A stretch of DNA of 64,000 nucleotides from Acidimicrobiaceae bacterium (GTDB taxonomy: Bacteria; Actinomycetota; Acidimicrobiia; Acidimicrobiales; JAUTXP01): contig JAUTXP010000013.1 of the NCBI GenBank assembly GCA_030837965.1, positions 11,080-75,079 on the forward strand, in the 5' to 3' direction. The position numbers and the translations under genes are program-made. The notes under the pieces are model-generated. The model saw only the letters and a program-made list of their open reading frames with translations, was not told the DNA's origin and did not search any database. Positions 20,131 through 36,905 of the stretch are shown here, one piece after another. Positions within the stretch are counted from its first letter, which is position 1; each line of letters begins with the position of its first letter.

Positions 20131-20956
20131 AGCGCTCGTCGGGGCCGGGGCGGGCGCCGTTGGCCCACGCGTTGGCCGCCATCGGCCCCTTGCCCTCGGG
20201 CTGCACCTCGGTGACCACCAGGTCGCCGATGCGGTGGCCCGCGGCATCGAGGTCGAGGGTCGCCCGCAGGATGCGCAGGCGCCTGCCTCGGAACGTGGTC
20301 CAGGCCCGGCCCAGGCGGACGAGGCGGTGGATCTCGGCCGCGGGCTTGGACCAGTCGATGCAGAACTCCTCGGGCTCCAGCTTGGCCGCGTAGGTCGGCT
20401 CGCCCTGCTGCTCGCTCGGTTCTCCCAAGCCGGTGCGGAGACGGTCGACCAACAGGCCGGTGCCGATCTCCACCAGTCTGCTGCGCAGGTCGTCGGCCGT
20501 CTCCTCCGCCCCGATAGGGGTCGACTCGCACGTGTAGACGGGGCCGGTGTCGAGGCCCTCGTCCAGGGCCATGATGCACACGCCCGTCTCGGCGTCGCCC
20601 GCCAGGATGGCCCGCTCGACCGGCGCCGCGCCCCGCCACCTCGGCAGCAGCGAGAAGTGGACGTTGACCATGGGAAGGCGGTCGAGGACGTGGGGCTTGA
20701 TGAGCTTGCCGAAGGCCACGACCACACCGAGTTCGGCGTCGACCCCGTCCTCCAGCACGGCGTCGACCTGATAGGCGACGGGGATGCCCAACTCCTCGGC
20801 CGCCTGTTTCACCGGACTCGGGACGAGGGCCGATCCCCGGCCCCGCTTCTTGTCGGGCTGGGTCACGGCGATGGCGATGTCGTGGCCGTCTGCGGCCAGG
20901 GCCCGCAAGGTGGGCACGGCCGCCTCGGGGGTGCCGAGGAAGGCGATCCTGGTCAT
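20120..20956 (-). CDS. fmt: Methionyl-tRNA formyltransferase
   Basis: FLGTPE, VTQPD, NVHFSLLPRWRGAAP, LDTGP. Confidence 0.96.
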   Translation of the reverse strand: MTRIAFLGTPEAAVPTLRALAADGHDIAIAVTQPDKKRGRGSALVPSPVKQAAEELGIPVAYQVDAVLEDGVDAELGVVVAFGKLIKPHVLDRLPMVNVHFSLLPRWRGAAPVERAILAGDAETGVCIMALDEGLDTGPVYTCESTPIGAEETADDLRSRLVEIGTGLLVDRLRTGLGEPSEQQGEPTYAAKLEPEEFCIDWSKPAAEIHRLVRLGRAWTTFRGRRLRILRATLDLDAAGHRIGDLVVTEVQPEGKGPMAANAWANGARPGPDERFGD

Positions 20957-20969
20957 GCCCGCTCCGGCC

Positions 20970-21491
20970 CTAGCGGGGTCGGACGTCGCCGTCGGCGTCG
21001 AGCAGGGCCAGGTCCCGGTTGCGCAGCGTGCGCAGGGCCTGCTTGCGGGTGTCCGGGTCCAGCCGCTCGATTAGCAGCGTGCCGTTGAGATGGTCCATCT
21101 CGTGCTGGAAGACCCGAGCCTCGAACTCGTCGGCCTCGATGGACACCTCGTTCCCCTCCAGGTCGAACCCGGTCAGGTGGACCACCTTGGGCCGAGTGAT
21201 GTGCCAGTACAGGCCGGGCACCGACAGGCACCCCTCCTCGTACGTCCACTCCCCGTCCGACTCGACGATGGCCGGGTTCACGATCACCCGCGCCCCCGCG
21301 CCCGCGTCGTACACGAAGATGCGCTTCTGCACGCCGACCTGGGGCGCAGCCAGGCCCGCGCCGGGGGCGCCGTACATGGTGTCGATCATGTCCTGGGCCA
21401 GCTTGGCCAGCTTGCCGTCCAAGTCCGTGACCTCGGCGGCGCGCTGCTTGAGCACAGGGTCGCCAAAGACGCGAATGGGATGGGTGGCCAC
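20970..21491 (-). CDS. def: Peptide deformylase
   Basis: GAGLAAPQVG, EGCLSVPG, QHEMDHLNG. Confidence 0.97.
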   Translation of the reverse strand: MATHPIRVFGDPVLKQRAAEVTDLDGKLAKLAQDMIDTMYGAPGAGLAAPQVGVQKRIFVYDAGAGARVIVNPAIVESDGEWTYEEGCLSVPGLYWHITRPKVVHLTGFDLEGNEVSIEADEFEARVFQHEMDHLNGTLLIERLDPDTRKQALRTLRNRDLALLDADGDVRPR

Positions 21492-21541
21492 GGCCTTCAA
21501 GGCTATCGGACGACCCTCCCAACCCGAACCGCTCGACGGGC

Positions 21542-23215
21542 TCAGAAGCGCAGCGGGTCGACCTCGACTCGGAGCCGGCCCGCCGGACGGGCCGTGCGGG
21601 ACAGGGCGTCGGCCAGAGCGGCGTGGTCGGGAGCGCGCACCAGCCAGCGGCCGTCGTCGGGTCCGAGCACCTCGACGGCAGTGTCGGCCGAAAGGGCGTC
21701 CACGAAGACAGGTGCAGCCTCGCCCGACACCAGGGCCAGGGCCGCGAACGGAGGCAGGCCCAGGGCCTGCCTGCGCTCGCCCTCCACCGCGGCCAGGCGT
21801 CCGGGGTCGGCGTGCAAGGCCGCGTCGAGCACCTCATGCGCGGGGGCGCGCGTCTGCACCAGAACCCGCCCGCTCCCCCGTCCGCCAACCAGCCTGCTGG
21901 CCCGGGCCAGCAAGGCCAGGGCCTGCTCGCCCGCCCGGTACCGCGGCGCCAACAGCTCCTGGTCGAAGTCGAGGAAGGCCACCACGTCGACGGCATCGAG
22001 CCGGTGCAGCAGGGCCTCGGTGCCGACCAACACCCGGTTGGCCGGCAGGTCGGCCGTGTCAGCCGTGACCTCGGCCACGGGCTCGCCCGCCAGCGCGGCC
22101 AGCTCCTCGGCCACGCGGGACACGCCGAGGCGCAGCAGCTTCAGCCGTTGCGACCCGCAGGCCTGGCACACGACGGGCCGGTCGAGCCCGCAGCGTCGGC
22201 AGTGAAGTCGGGCCGCTTCCACCGACTCGACCGACGCGTCGCAGCGTTCGCAGCGGGCCAGCTCGCCGCACGCGGCGCAGGCCAACAGCTTGGCCCTGCC
22301 CTTGCGGTTGAGGATGCACGCCACCCGCCCCCCGCCGCGCAGCAGCGTCACCAAGCGGTCGCTGAACAGGCCCGAGCGCGGGTCTTCCTTGCGCCGGTCC
22401 ACCACTTCCAGCGCGGCCCACCCGGCCCGCTCCTGCGCACGCGAGGGCACGACGACGTCCGCAGCCCACCGCTCCTGCTCCAACGTCGGGCACGGTGTCA
22501 CCAACACGCACGGCACCGCCGCCCGGCGGGCTCGCTCAGCCGCGACCTGCCACGCGTTCCACGTCGGCGTGCGCTCCTCTTGGTACACCTCGTCGTGGGC
22601 GTCGAGGACGATCACGGCCGACAGGCCCGGCGCAGGCGCCCACGCCGCGGCCCGCGCCCCGACCACCACGGACCCGCCCGCAGCGGCCCTGGCCCAGTCG
22701 CGCGGCACCAGCGCGACCGGGACGCGCGCCCGGCGCAGCCGCATGGCGAGCAGGCCGGCCTGGTCGACCGACGGAGCCAGCACCAGCGCGTCCCCCGTGG
22801 CCGCGGCAGCCAGCACGACCGGATACACGTCGGCCGCGGGCGCGAGTCGCAACACCGTCCGGCCGCCCGCGGGCAAGGCCGGCGCAGTCACCGGCAGCCG
22901 TTCCGCCGCGGCCGGCGGAGGCAGGCCGCGCACGACCACCGCAGGCGAGGCCGACCGCAACAAGGACGTGAGCCTCCCCGCCCATCGCCACGCGGCCCAC
23001 TCGGCCACCTCGATCACGTCGGCCGCAGGCCCAAGCCCGGAGACCTTGTTGACCTGACGCAAGGCCACGTCCGCGGGCGGGTCCACGTCCACGTCCACCA
23101 CCCACGCCCCCACCCGCCGCCCGTTCAAGGTGACGCGCACAAGGGCGCCGACGGGCGTGTCGGGCGGGGCCAGATAGTCGAAGCGCTTGTCGATGCCGGC
23201 CACGTCCGGCACCAC
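21542..23215 (-). CDS. priA: Primosomal protein N' PriA (helicase motifs degenerate)
   Basis: FDYLAP..VRVTLNGR N-domain, four CxxC Zn motifs, LNRKG, VLVQT, LPPF; syntenic metK-priA-def-fmt. Confidence 0.85.
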   Translation of the reverse strand: MVPDVAGIDKRFDYLAPPDTPVGALVRVTLNGRRVGAWVVDVDVDPPADVALRQVNKVSGLGPAADVIEVAEWAAWRWAGRLTSLLRSASPAVVVRGLPPPAAAERLPVTAPALPAGGRTVLRLAPAADVYPVVLAAAATGDALVLAPSVDQAGLLAMRLRRARVPVALVPRDWARAAAGGSVVVGARAAAWAPAPGLSAVIVLDAHDEVYQEERTPTWNAWQVAAERARRAAVPCVLVTPCPTLEQERWAADVVVPSRAQERAGWAALEVVDRRKEDPRSGLFSDRLVTLLRGGGRVACILNRKGRAKLLACAACGELARCERCDASVESVEAARLHCRRCGLDRPVVCQACGSQRLKLLRLGVSRVAEELAALAGEPVAEVTADTADLPANRVLVGTEALLHRLDAVDVVAFLDFDQELLAPRYRAGEQALALLARASRLVGGRGSGRVLVQTRAPAHEVLDAALHADPGRLAAVEGERRQALGLPPFAALALVSGEAAPVFVDALSADTAVEVLGPDDGRWLVRAPDHAALADALSRTARPAGRLRVEVDPLRF

Positions 23216-23220
23216 GCGGA

Positions 23221-24414
23221 CTACACGTTCAGCGCCCGCTTCAATTCCTCCAGCTTCGACAGCGCCTCCCACGTGAACTCCTTGTCGGAGCGGCCGAAGT
23301 GGCCGTAGGCCGCGGTGCGACGGTAGATGGGCCGGCGCAGGTCGAGGTCGCGCACGATGGCCGCCGGGCGCAGATCGAAGACCTCGTCGATGGCCTTGGC
23401 GATGGCCAGCGGGTCGACCTGCTCGGTGCCGAACGTCTCGACCATGACCGACACGGGCCGGGCCACGCCGATGGCGTAGGCCACTTGGATCTCGCAGCGC
23501 CGGGCCGCACCGGATGCGACCACGTGCTTGGCCACCCACCGGGCCGCGTACGCGCCCGACCGGTCCACCTTGGACGGGTCCTTGCCCGAGAAGGCGCCGC
23601 CGCCGTGGCGGGCCGAGCCTCCATAGGTGTCCACGATGATCTTGCGACCGGTGAGCCCGGTGTCGGCGTGGGGCCCGCCCAACTCGAAGCGCCCGGTCGG
23701 GTTGGCCAGGAGCTGGTACGAGTCCTGGGCGAACTGGGCCGGGAGCATGGGGTGGACCACGTGCTCGTTCAGGTCCGGCTTGAGCATGGTCTCGATGTCG
23801 AGGTTGGGCGCGTGCTGGGTGGAGATGAGCACCGTCTTCAGCGCCACAGGCCTGCCGTCCTCGTACTCGAACGTCACCTGCGTCTTGCCGTCGGGCCGCA
23901 GGTAGGGCAGCACGCCCGCCTTGCGCACTTCGGACAGGCGTTGGGCCAAGCGGTGGGCCAGCCAGATCGGGAGCGGCATGAGGTCGTCGGTCTCGTCGCA
24001 GGCGAACCCGAACATCATCCCCTGGTCGCCCGCGCCCTGGGCGTTGAGCTCGTCCTCCCCGGCCTTGCCGGTGCGCACCTCGAAGGCGGTGGACACGCCT
24101 TGGCCGATGTCGGGCGACTGCTCGTCGATGGCGGTGATGACGCCGCACGTGTTGCCGTCGAAGCCGAACGACTCGCGGTCGTAGCCGATGTCGCACACGG
24201 TCTGGCGCACCAGCTTCGGGATGTCGACGTAGGCCGACGTGGTGATCTCGCCCGCCACCACCACCAACCCGGTGGTGAGCAGCGTCTCGCAGGCCACCCG
24301 GCCGGTGGCGTCCTCGTGCAGGATGGCGTCGAGGACGGTGTCGGAGATCTGGTCGGCCATCTTGTCGGGATGGCCCTCGGTGACGGACTCGGAGGTGAAG
24401 GTGTAGCGGCTCAT
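23221..24414 (-). CDS. metK: S-adenosylmethionine synthase
   Basis: [57 protein letters not shown]. Confidence 0.98.
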   Translation of the reverse strand: MSRYTFTSESVTEGHPDKMADQISDTVLDAILHEDATGRVACETLLTTGLVVVAGEITTSAYVDIPKLVRQTVCDIGYDRESFGFDGNTCGVITAIDEQSPDIGQGVSTAFEVRTGKAGEDELNAQGAGDQGMMFGFACDETDDLMPLPIWLAHRLAQRLSEVRKAGVLPYLRPDGKTQVTFEYEDGRPVALKTVLISTQHAPNLDIETMLKPDLNEHVVHPMLPAQFAQDSYQLLANPTGRFELGGPHADTGLTGRKIIVDTYGGSARHGGGAFSGKDPSKVDRSGAYAARWVAKHVVASGAARRCEIQVAYAIGVARPVSVMVETFGTEQVDPLAIAKAIDEVFDLRPAAIVRDLDLRRPIYRRTAAYGHFGRSDKEFTWEALSKLEELKRALNV

Positions 24415-25613
24415 GGCCGGGCTCCTAGGCGGCTGACGGCGGCGTCGAGGACGATGCGGGCGACACTGCGCTTGTCGGTGAGTGGGACATTCTGCTCGCT
24501 GCCGTCTGCTCCCAACACATCGACGCGGTTGGTCTCGTGCTCGAACCCGGCGCCCGGCGCGGTGACGTCGTTGACCACGATCAGGTCGAGGTTCTTGCGG
24601 GCCAGCTTGCGCCTGGCCTCTTCCTTGGGGTTGTTGGTCTCGGCCGCGAAGCCGACCAGCACCTGCCCCGCCCGCTTGCGCTCCCCGAGCGCGGCCAGCA
24701 CGTCGGTCGTGGGCTCGAGGACGATGTCGGGCACGCCCTCGCCCTTCTTGATCTTCTTTTCGGCCGGGGCCTTGGGCCGAAAGTCGGCCACCGCCGCGGC
24801 CATCACGACCACGTCGGCGTCGGCCGCCGCGCCCAGCACCGCGTCCTCCATCTGGGCCGCGGTATCCACCTTCACCCGCTCGACGGGCCCGGGGGCCCAC
24901 CGGTCGGTGGTGGTCACGAGGGTGACGCGTGCGCCGCGGGTCGCGGCCTCGTGGGCGAAGGCGTGGCCCTGCTTGCCGGACGACCGGTTGCCGATGAAGC
25001 GCACGGGGTCGATGGGCTCGCGCGTGCCGCCCGCGCTGACGACGAGGTGTCGGCCCGCCAGGTCCTGCGGGGCCAACGCCCGCTCCACCGCGAAGAGGAT
25101 GTCGTCGGGCTCGGCCAGCCGCCCGGCGCCTTCGTCGCCCCCCGCCAGGCGGCCCACGGCCGGGTCGACCACGTGCACGCCGCGGCGCCGCAACGTGGCG
25201 ATGTTGTCCTGCACGGCCGGGTGCTCCCACATCTCGGTGTGCATGGCCGGGCAGACGACGACTGGGGCGCGGGTGGCCAGCAGCGTGGCGATGAGCAGGT
25301 CGTCGGAGATGCCCGCCGTGTACTTGCCAATGACTCGCGCCGTGGCGGGCGCCACCACGATGACGTCCGCGCTGCGGCCCAGTTGGGTGTGCGGGATGGC
25401 CTCGACCTCGTCCCACAACGACGTGCGGGCCTTCTCCGAGCCCAGCGCGTCGAAGGTGACCTGGCCCACGAAACGGGTGGCGTCCTCGGTGAGCACGGGG
25501 CTGACGAAGGCGCCCGCGTCGACCATGCGCCTGCACAGCTCGACTGCCTTGTAGGCGGCGATGCCGCCGGAGACGCCGAGCACCACCCGGCGCCCGGCCA
25601 GCCACGTGGTCAT
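24411..25613 (-). CDS. coaBC: Phosphopantothenoylcysteine decarboxylase/ligase CoaBC
   Basis: [52 protein letters not shown]. Confidence 0.97.
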   Translation of the reverse strand: MTTWLAGRRVVLGVSGGIAAYKAVELCRRMVDAGAFVSPVLTEDATRFVGQVTFDALGSEKARTSLWDEVEAIPHTQLGRSADVIVVAPATARVIGKYTAGISDDLLIATLLATRAPVVVCPAMHTEMWEHPAVQDNIATLRRRGVHVVDPAVGRLAGGDEGAGRLAEPDDILFAVERALAPQDLAGRHLVVSAGGTREPIDPVRFIGNRSSGKQGHAFAHEAATRGARVTLVTTTDRWAPGPVERVKVDTAAQMEDAVLGAAADADVVVMAAAVADFRPKAPAEKKIKKGEGVPDIVLEPTTDVLAALGERKRAGQVLVGFAAETNNPKEEARRKLARKNLDLIVVNDVTAPGAGFEHETNRVDVLGADGSEQNVPLTDKRSVARIVLDAAVSRLGARP

Positions 25614-25626
25614 GGCTGGTGGGCCT

Positions 25627-25911
25627 TTAGCCCTCGGCGGGGGCCTCTTCGCCCTCGGCGTCCTCTTCGACCCGGTGGAACACGATCTTGGCCGCGGCCA
25701 CCTCTTCCAAGGCGATGGAGAGCGGCTTGCGGGACACGGACGTGACCTGGGGCGGCACGATGGCGCCCAGCCCCTCGCCCAACTGGTTGAAGTAGGAGTT
25801 GATCTGACGGCCTCGCTTGGCGGCCAGGGTGACCAGGGTGAACTTGGAGTCGACCTTGTCGAGCAGGCTCTCGATAGGCGGGTCCATCATGGTCGGGCGG
25901 CGCGTGGCCAT
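25627..25911 (-). CDS. rpoZ: RNA polymerase omega subunit
   Basis: PPIESLLDKVDSKFTLV..AAKRGRQINSY..KPLSIALEE (actinobacterial type). Confidence 0.95.
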   Translation of the reverse strand: MATRRPTMMDPPIESLLDKVDSKFTLVTLAAKRGRQINSYFNQLGEGLGAIVPPQVTSVSRKPLSIALEEVAAAKIVFHRVEEDAEGEEAPAEG

Positions 25912-26468
25912 CAGGTGGTTCCTCCGGGATTGCGGTGCCTGGCAAGTATACCGGCGACCTCGTCCACAGCCCGGGTCAGGTCGTCGTTGATGACCACGTG
26001 GTCGGCGATCTCGCGGCCCCGGGCCTCCTCGTGCTCGGCCAGGGCCAGCCGCTTGGCGATCTGCTCGTCGGTGTCGCCCCGCTTGCGCAGACGCTCCTCC
26101 TGCACGGCGCGCGACGGCGGCTGGATGAGGATCACCAACGGGTCGGGGAAGCGGGCGCGCACCTGCTCGGCGCCCTGCACGTCGATCTCCAGCACGATGT
26201 CCTTGCCGTCCAGCCCGTGAGGCGGGTCGGGGGTGGGCGTGCCGTACAGGTGCCCGAGGAACTCGGCCCATTCGAGGAAGCCCGCGTCAGCGATGCGCTT
26301 TTCGAACGTGGGCCTGTCCACGAAGTTGTAGGCGTCGGCCGACTCGCCTGGGCGGCGGGGGCGTGTGGTCCACGACCGGCTCAGCCAGAGCCGCTCGTCG
26401 CGCTCAAGGAGGCGGGCCACCAGCGTGCCCTTGCCCACCCCCCCGGGTCCGAAGACGACGACGATCAG
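25911..26468 (-). CDS. gmk: Guanylate kinase
   Basis: P-loop GPGGVGKGT requires start upstream of the ORF-track GTG; CTG 26468 overlaps mIHF TGA; SWTTRPRRPGE, FLEWAEF, EIDVQGA. Confidence 0.93.
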   Translation of the reverse strand: MIVVVFGPGGVGKGTLVARLLERDERLWLSRSWTTRPRRPGESADAYNFVDRPTFEKRIADAGFLEWAEFLGHLYGTPTPDPPHGLDGKDIVLEIDVQGAEQVRARFPDPLVILIQPPSRAVQEERLRKRGDTDEQIAKRLALAEHEEARGREIADHVVINDDLTRAVDEVAGILARHRNPGGTT

Positions 26469-26785
26469 GGCTGCCCGAGCTCCTTGAGCAGATTGTCGCG
26501 CTGCTGCTTGCCCAGCCCTTGGATGCGGCGGGACTCGCTGATGTGGACCGTCTCCATGAGCCGGCGGGCCTTGACCTTGCCCAGGCCGGGCAGCGACTCG
26601 AGGACGGCGAGCACCTTCATCTTGCCCACCACGTCGTCGCGGGTTCCTTGGTCGAGCAGCTCCTGAAAGCTGATCGAGCCCATCTTGAGCTTCTCTTTCA
26701 ACTCGGCGCGTTGACGACGGGCGGCGGCGGCTTTGTCGAGCGCAGCCAGTCGTTGCTCAGGCGAAAGCGAGGGCGGCAGCGGCAT
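26465..26785 (-). CDS. mihF: Actinobacterial integration host factor (mIHF/sIHF)
   Basis: LSPEQRLAALDKAAAARRQRAELKEKLK..KMKVLAVLESLPGLGKVKA..RRIQGLG. Confidence 0.95.
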   Translation of the reverse strand: MPLPPSLSPEQRLAALDKAAAARRQRAELKEKLKMGSISFQELLDQGTRDDVVGKMKVLAVLESLPGLGKVKARRLMETVHISESRRIQGLGKQQRDNLLKELGQP

Positions 26786-26872
26786 GTGGGCACCCTAGCG
26801 CGGCCGTCATCCTGTCCAATCTGGGGGCACGCGGCCCGACGTTCGCTCGGCGTCGGCGCTGGCCGGGCCGGG

Positions 26873-27574
26873 CTAGATCGAGATGGACTCGACCAGCTTG
26901 GCCGCGGCCGCGGCCCGGTCCTCGGCCGCGGTGACGGCCCGGCCGATCACCAGCAGGTCGGCGCCCGCGTCCAGCGCGGCCTGCGGCGTGGACGTTCGGG
27001 CCTGGTCGTCGGCGTCCGCGCCCGCGGGGCGGATGCCCGGCACCACGGCAACGAGGCGGGGGGCGAGCTGCTTGGCCTCCTTGACGTCGCCCGCCGCGCA
27101 CACCACGCCGCCGCAGCCCGCCTCCACCGCGCTTCGCACCCGGTTGCCGAGGACGTGGGGCGGCGCGCCCGCGTCGCTGGTGAGGATGGTGACGGCCAAG
27201 GCGCAGGGCGAGTCCAGGCCCGCGGCCGCGGCTCCGTCGCGCAGGCCCTCGACGCCGCCCCGCAGCATGCTGACGCCGCCGAAGGCGTGGAGCGTGAGGT
27301 AGGACGCGCCCACCGCGCCCAGCACCCGGGCCGTCTTGCGGACCGTCGTGGGAATGTCGTGCAGCTTGAGGTCGAGGAAGACCTTGTAGCCCAACTCGGT
27401 CATGGTGACGACGGCGTCGGTGCCCGCGGCGCTGAACAGCTCGAGCCCGACCTTGGCCACGCCGAAGTACGGATGGAGCTCGCGGGCCATCCGGGTGGCC
27501 TCGACCAGGTCGTCCACGTCGAGGGCCAGGGCCAGCCTGCTGCGGACGTCGGGCGGGGTGGTGATGGCGGTCAT
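26873..27574 (-). CDS. pyrF: Orotidine-5'-phosphate decarboxylase
   Basis: LALD, KVGLEL, FLDLKLHDIPTTV, VTILTS, VPGIR, DDQAR, VIGR. Confidence 0.96.
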   Translation of the reverse strand: MTAITTPPDVRSRLALALDVDDLVEATRMARELHPYFGVAKVGLELFSAAGTDAVVTMTELGYKVFLDLKLHDIPTTVRKTARVLGAVGASYLTLHAFGGVSMLRGGVEGLRDGAAAAGLDSPCALAVTILTSDAGAPPHVLGNRVRSAVEAGCGGVVCAAGDVKEAKQLAPRLVAVVPGIRPAGADADDQARTSTPQAALDAGADLLVIGRAVTAAEDRAAAAAKLVESISI

Positions 27575-28491
27575 TGCGCGGCTCCGATCAAGTCGTTCAC
27601 GTCCGATACTCCGTTGTGTTGGCACCACTTCGCCAACTCGCGCTGCACCCGGACCGGGGCGCGCGGGTCGGCGAACGTGGCCGTGCCCACCTGCACGGCG
27701 TTGGCCCCGGCCAACAGGAACTCGACCGCGTCCTCGCCGGTGGCGATGCCGCCCACGCCGACGATGGCCGCGTCGGGGAAGGCGGCCCGGCAGTCGAACA
27801 CGGCCCGCACGGCCACGGGCTTGATGGCCGGCCCGGACAGGCCGCCGCCGCGCGCCCCGCTGCCCAACCGCGGCCTGCGGGTGGCCGGGTTGATGGCCAG
27901 GCCCATCACCGTGTTCACCAGGGTCAGGGCCTCGGCACCCGCGTCGAGCACCGCCCCTGCGATCTCCACCACGTCGGTGACGTTCGGGCTGAGCTTGGCC
28001 CACCGCGGCCGCCCGCAGCCCGCGGTGGCGCCCACAGCCTCGGCCGCGGCCGACGCCGAGTGGGCGAACATGTGCCGCCTGTCCTCCACGTTGGGACAAC
28101 TGAGGTTGACCTCCACGGCCACCACCTCGGCGGGCGCGTCGGCCAGCATCGACGCGGCCTTGGCGTAGTCCTCCACGGTGAAGCCCCAGATGGACGCCAC
28201 GACCCGCGGCGTGGCCGCCAGCAGGTCGGGCAGCTCCTCCTCCAGCCACGCCTCTACACCCGGGCCTTGCAGGCCGACGCTGTTGAGCATCCCGCCGCCT
28301 GTCGTGGCATGGACCCGCGGCGCCGGATTGCCCGCCCAGGGCGCCGCGCTCAACGACTTCACCACCACCGCGCCCAACTCGGCCAGGTCCATGTAGCGGG
28401 CCAGCTCGGCCCCGTGCCCCGCGGTGCCCGACGCCGTCATCACCGGCCCCGGCAACACCACCGAACTTCCCACTCTGGAGGACATGGCCAT
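27571..28491 (-). CDS. pyrD: Dihydroorotate dehydrogenase (family 1)
   Basis: ASGTAG, GNPAPR, MLNSVGLQGPG, EVNLSCPN, KLSPNVTD, GGLSGPAIKP. Confidence 0.95.
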   Translation of the reverse strand: MAMSSRVGSSVVLPGPVMTASGTAGHGAELARYMDLAELGAVVVKSLSAAPWAGNPAPRVHATTGGGMLNSVGLQGPGVEAWLEEELPDLLAATPRVVASIWGFTVEDYAKAASMLADAPAEVVAVEVNLSCPNVEDRRHMFAHSASAAAEAVGATAGCGRPRWAKLSPNVTDVVEIAGAVLDAGAEALTLVNTVMGLAINPATRRPRLGSGARGGGLSGPAIKPVAVRAVFDCRAAFPDAAIVGVGGIATGEDAVEFLLAGANAVQVGTATFADPRAPVRVQRELAKWCQHNGVSDVNDLIGAAQ

Positions 28492-28535
28492 ACCCAGCGG
28501 GTACCTATGTCCTCCAGACCGGAAGGGGTGGGGGG

Positions 28536-33071
<4,536 letters not shown>

Positions 33072-33075
<4 letters not shown>

Positions 33076-34362
33076 CGTTGGGCCTCGGCGTCGAGCACGA
33101 CCGGCTCGCCCCGCAGGATGGTGTGGCGCACCTTGCCCGTCAGCTTGCGGCCCGCGTAGGGCGTGTTGCGGCTGCGACTGGCCAGATGCTCGGGCTCGAC
33201 CACCCATGTGGCCGCCGGGTCGATCACGGTCAGGTTGGCCGACGCGCCCTCCACGATGGGCCCGCCATGCTCGCCGCTGATGCCCGCGATGCGCGCGGGC
33301 TGCCACGACAGCAGGGCCAAGAGCCTTTGGTGGTCGAGGCCGAGTTCGGTGAGGCCCAAGGCCAGCGCCGTCTCCAGGCCCAACATCCCGGGCGGGGCCT
33401 GGTCGAACGGCTGCTCCTTGGCCTCCAGCGCATGGGGGGCGTGGTCGGTGGCAATGGCGTCGATGGTGCCGTCGGCCAGTGCGGCCCGCACCGCGGCCAC
33501 GTCTGCTTCACCGCGCAGCGGCGGGTTCACCTTGAACACGGTGTCGTAGCCCGCGCACTCGGCGTCAGTGAGGGTGAAGTGGTGCGGCGCGGCCTCGGCC
33601 GTGACCCGCAACCCTTGGGCCTTGGCCGCGCCGACCATGGCCACCGAGCCCGCGGTCGACAGGTGCAGGAAATGCACAGGCGTGCCGGTCAGTCGGGACA
33701 AGGCGATGTCTCGCAGGACCATCAGCTCCTCGGCCTCGGCCGGGATGCCGGGGACGCCCAGCCTGCTCGACCACGCCCCTTCGTTCATGTGCCCGCCCGA
33801 CGCCAAGGCCTCGTCCTCGCAGTGCTGGGCCAGCGTCACGCCGAGGGCGCCCGCGTACTCCAAGGCCCTGCGCATCAGACGCGAGTCCTGCACGCCGTTG
33901 CCGTCGTCGGTGAAGAGGCGCACGCCGAGGGCGGCCATCTCCCCCAGCGGGGCCAACTGCTCGCCCCGCCTGCCCACCGTGATCGCACCCGCGACGCGCA
34001 CGTCGCACAATGCAGTCGCCCCCAGGTCCAGCACTTGGCGCACGGCGGCCGCGTTGTCGAGGGCGGGCTCGGTGTTGGGCATGGCCACCACCGCGGTGTA
34101 GCCGCCCAGGGCCGCGGCCCGCGAGCCCGACTCCACCGTCTCCGCCTCCTCGCGGCCTGGCTCCCGCAAGTGGGTGTGGAGGTCGACCAGGCCTGGGGCG
34201 ACGATGCAGCCAGCGGCGTCGATCACGTGCTTGTGGTCGAGGGCCTTGTCGACGGCCGCAATCCGGCCCTTTTTCACCAGCACGTCGGCCTGGCGCGACC
34301 CGGTGGCGTCGACCACCGTGCCGCCCTTGATCACATAGGCGCTGTCGATCGCAAACGGTTGG

Positions 34363-34373
<11 letters not shown>
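33072..34373 (-). CDS. pyrC: Dihydroorotase
   Basis: [37 protein letters not shown]. Confidence 0.96.
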
Positions 34374-35905
<1,532 letters not shown>

Positions 35906-35940
35906 TCAGACCAAGACCCTAGCACCCACCCGCCCTCGGG

Positions 35941-36345
35941 TCAGGTGGACTGGCGGACGGCGGCGGCCACGCTGGCCAGCAGGCCGTTCACGAAACGGCC
36001 CGACTCGTCCGTCGAGAACTGCTTGGCCAACTCCACCGCCTCGGAGATGACTGCGCCGATGGGCACGTCGGCCCGCTCGCACAGCTCGTACACCGACATG
36101 CGCAAGATGTTGCGGTCCACCGCGGGCATGCGCTCCAACGGCCAGTCGATGGCGAACTGGCGGATGAGCCCGTCGATGCGCTCGCCGTGCTCGGCCACGC
36201 CCTTGACCACCGCCACCACGAAGGGGTCGGGCTCGACCGGCAGTTCGTCCAGCACGGCCGCGGGCGACACGCCCTTCACCTCGGCCTCGTAGAGCAGCGA
36301 CATGGCCCGCTCCCTGGCCTCGCGCCGGGTGGCCGGAAGGCTCAC
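35941..36345 (-). CDS. nusB: Transcription antitermination factor NusB
   Basis: RREARERA..LYE, WPLERMPAVDRNILR, SEAVELAK, FVNGLL. Confidence 0.96.
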   Translation of the reverse strand: MSLPATRREARERAMSLLYEAEVKGVSPAAVLDELPVEPDPFVVAVVKGVAEHGERIDGLIRQFAIDWPLERMPAVDRNILRMSVYELCERADVPIGAVISEAVELAKQFSTDESGRFVNGLLASVAAAVRQST

Positions 36346-36905
36346 CCTGCTCGGGTGATGTACTCGCCGCTGCGGGTGTCGACCTTGATGCGGTCGCCGA
36401 TGTTGACGAACAGGGGCACCTGGACGACGTGTCCTGTCTCCAACGTGGCGGGCTTGCGGGCGCCGGACACCCGGTCGCCCTGCACACCGGGCTCGGTCTC
36501 GGCCACGGTCAACTCGACCGCGGCAGGCATGTCCACGGCCACGATCTCGGACTTGTACATCTGGAGCACGGCCGAGTCGCCCTCCTTGATGTACTTGGCC
36601 GCGTCGCCCAACGACGACTCGTCCACGTGCAACTGGTCGTACGACACGTTGTCCATGAACACGTACTGCTCGCCGTCGCGGTAGAGGTACTGCATCTCGC
36701 GCTTGTCGACGATGGCCTGCTCCAACTTCTCGTCGGCCCGATAGGTGCGCTCGATGACGGCGCCGGAGCGCACGTTCTTCAGCTTGGTGCGCACGAAGGC
36801 GCCGCCCTTGCCCGGCTTCACGTGCTGGAACTCGACCACGCTGAACAGGCCCTCGGGCAGGTCCAGGGTCATCCCGTTCTTCAGGTCATTGGTGCTGACG
36901 CTCAT
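36342..36905 (-). CDS. efp: Elongation factor P
   Basis: HVKPGKGGAFVRTKLKN, PGVQGDRVSG..KPATLETG, VPLFV, KVDTRSGEY. Confidence 0.98.
   Translation of the reverse strand: MSVSTNDLKNGMTLDLPEGLFSVVEFQHVKPGKGGAFVRTKLKNVRSGAVIERTYRADEKLEQAIVDKREMQYLYRDGEQYVFMDNVSYDQLHVDESSLGDAAKYIKEGDSAVLQMYKSEIVAVDMPAAVELTVAETEPGVQGDRVSGARKPATLETGHVVQVPLFVNIGDRIKVDTRSGEYITRAG

Noticed and set aside
27571-28535. No pyrK next to family-1 pyrD
   Set aside because: May be elsewhere in the genome; cannot be judged from this window.
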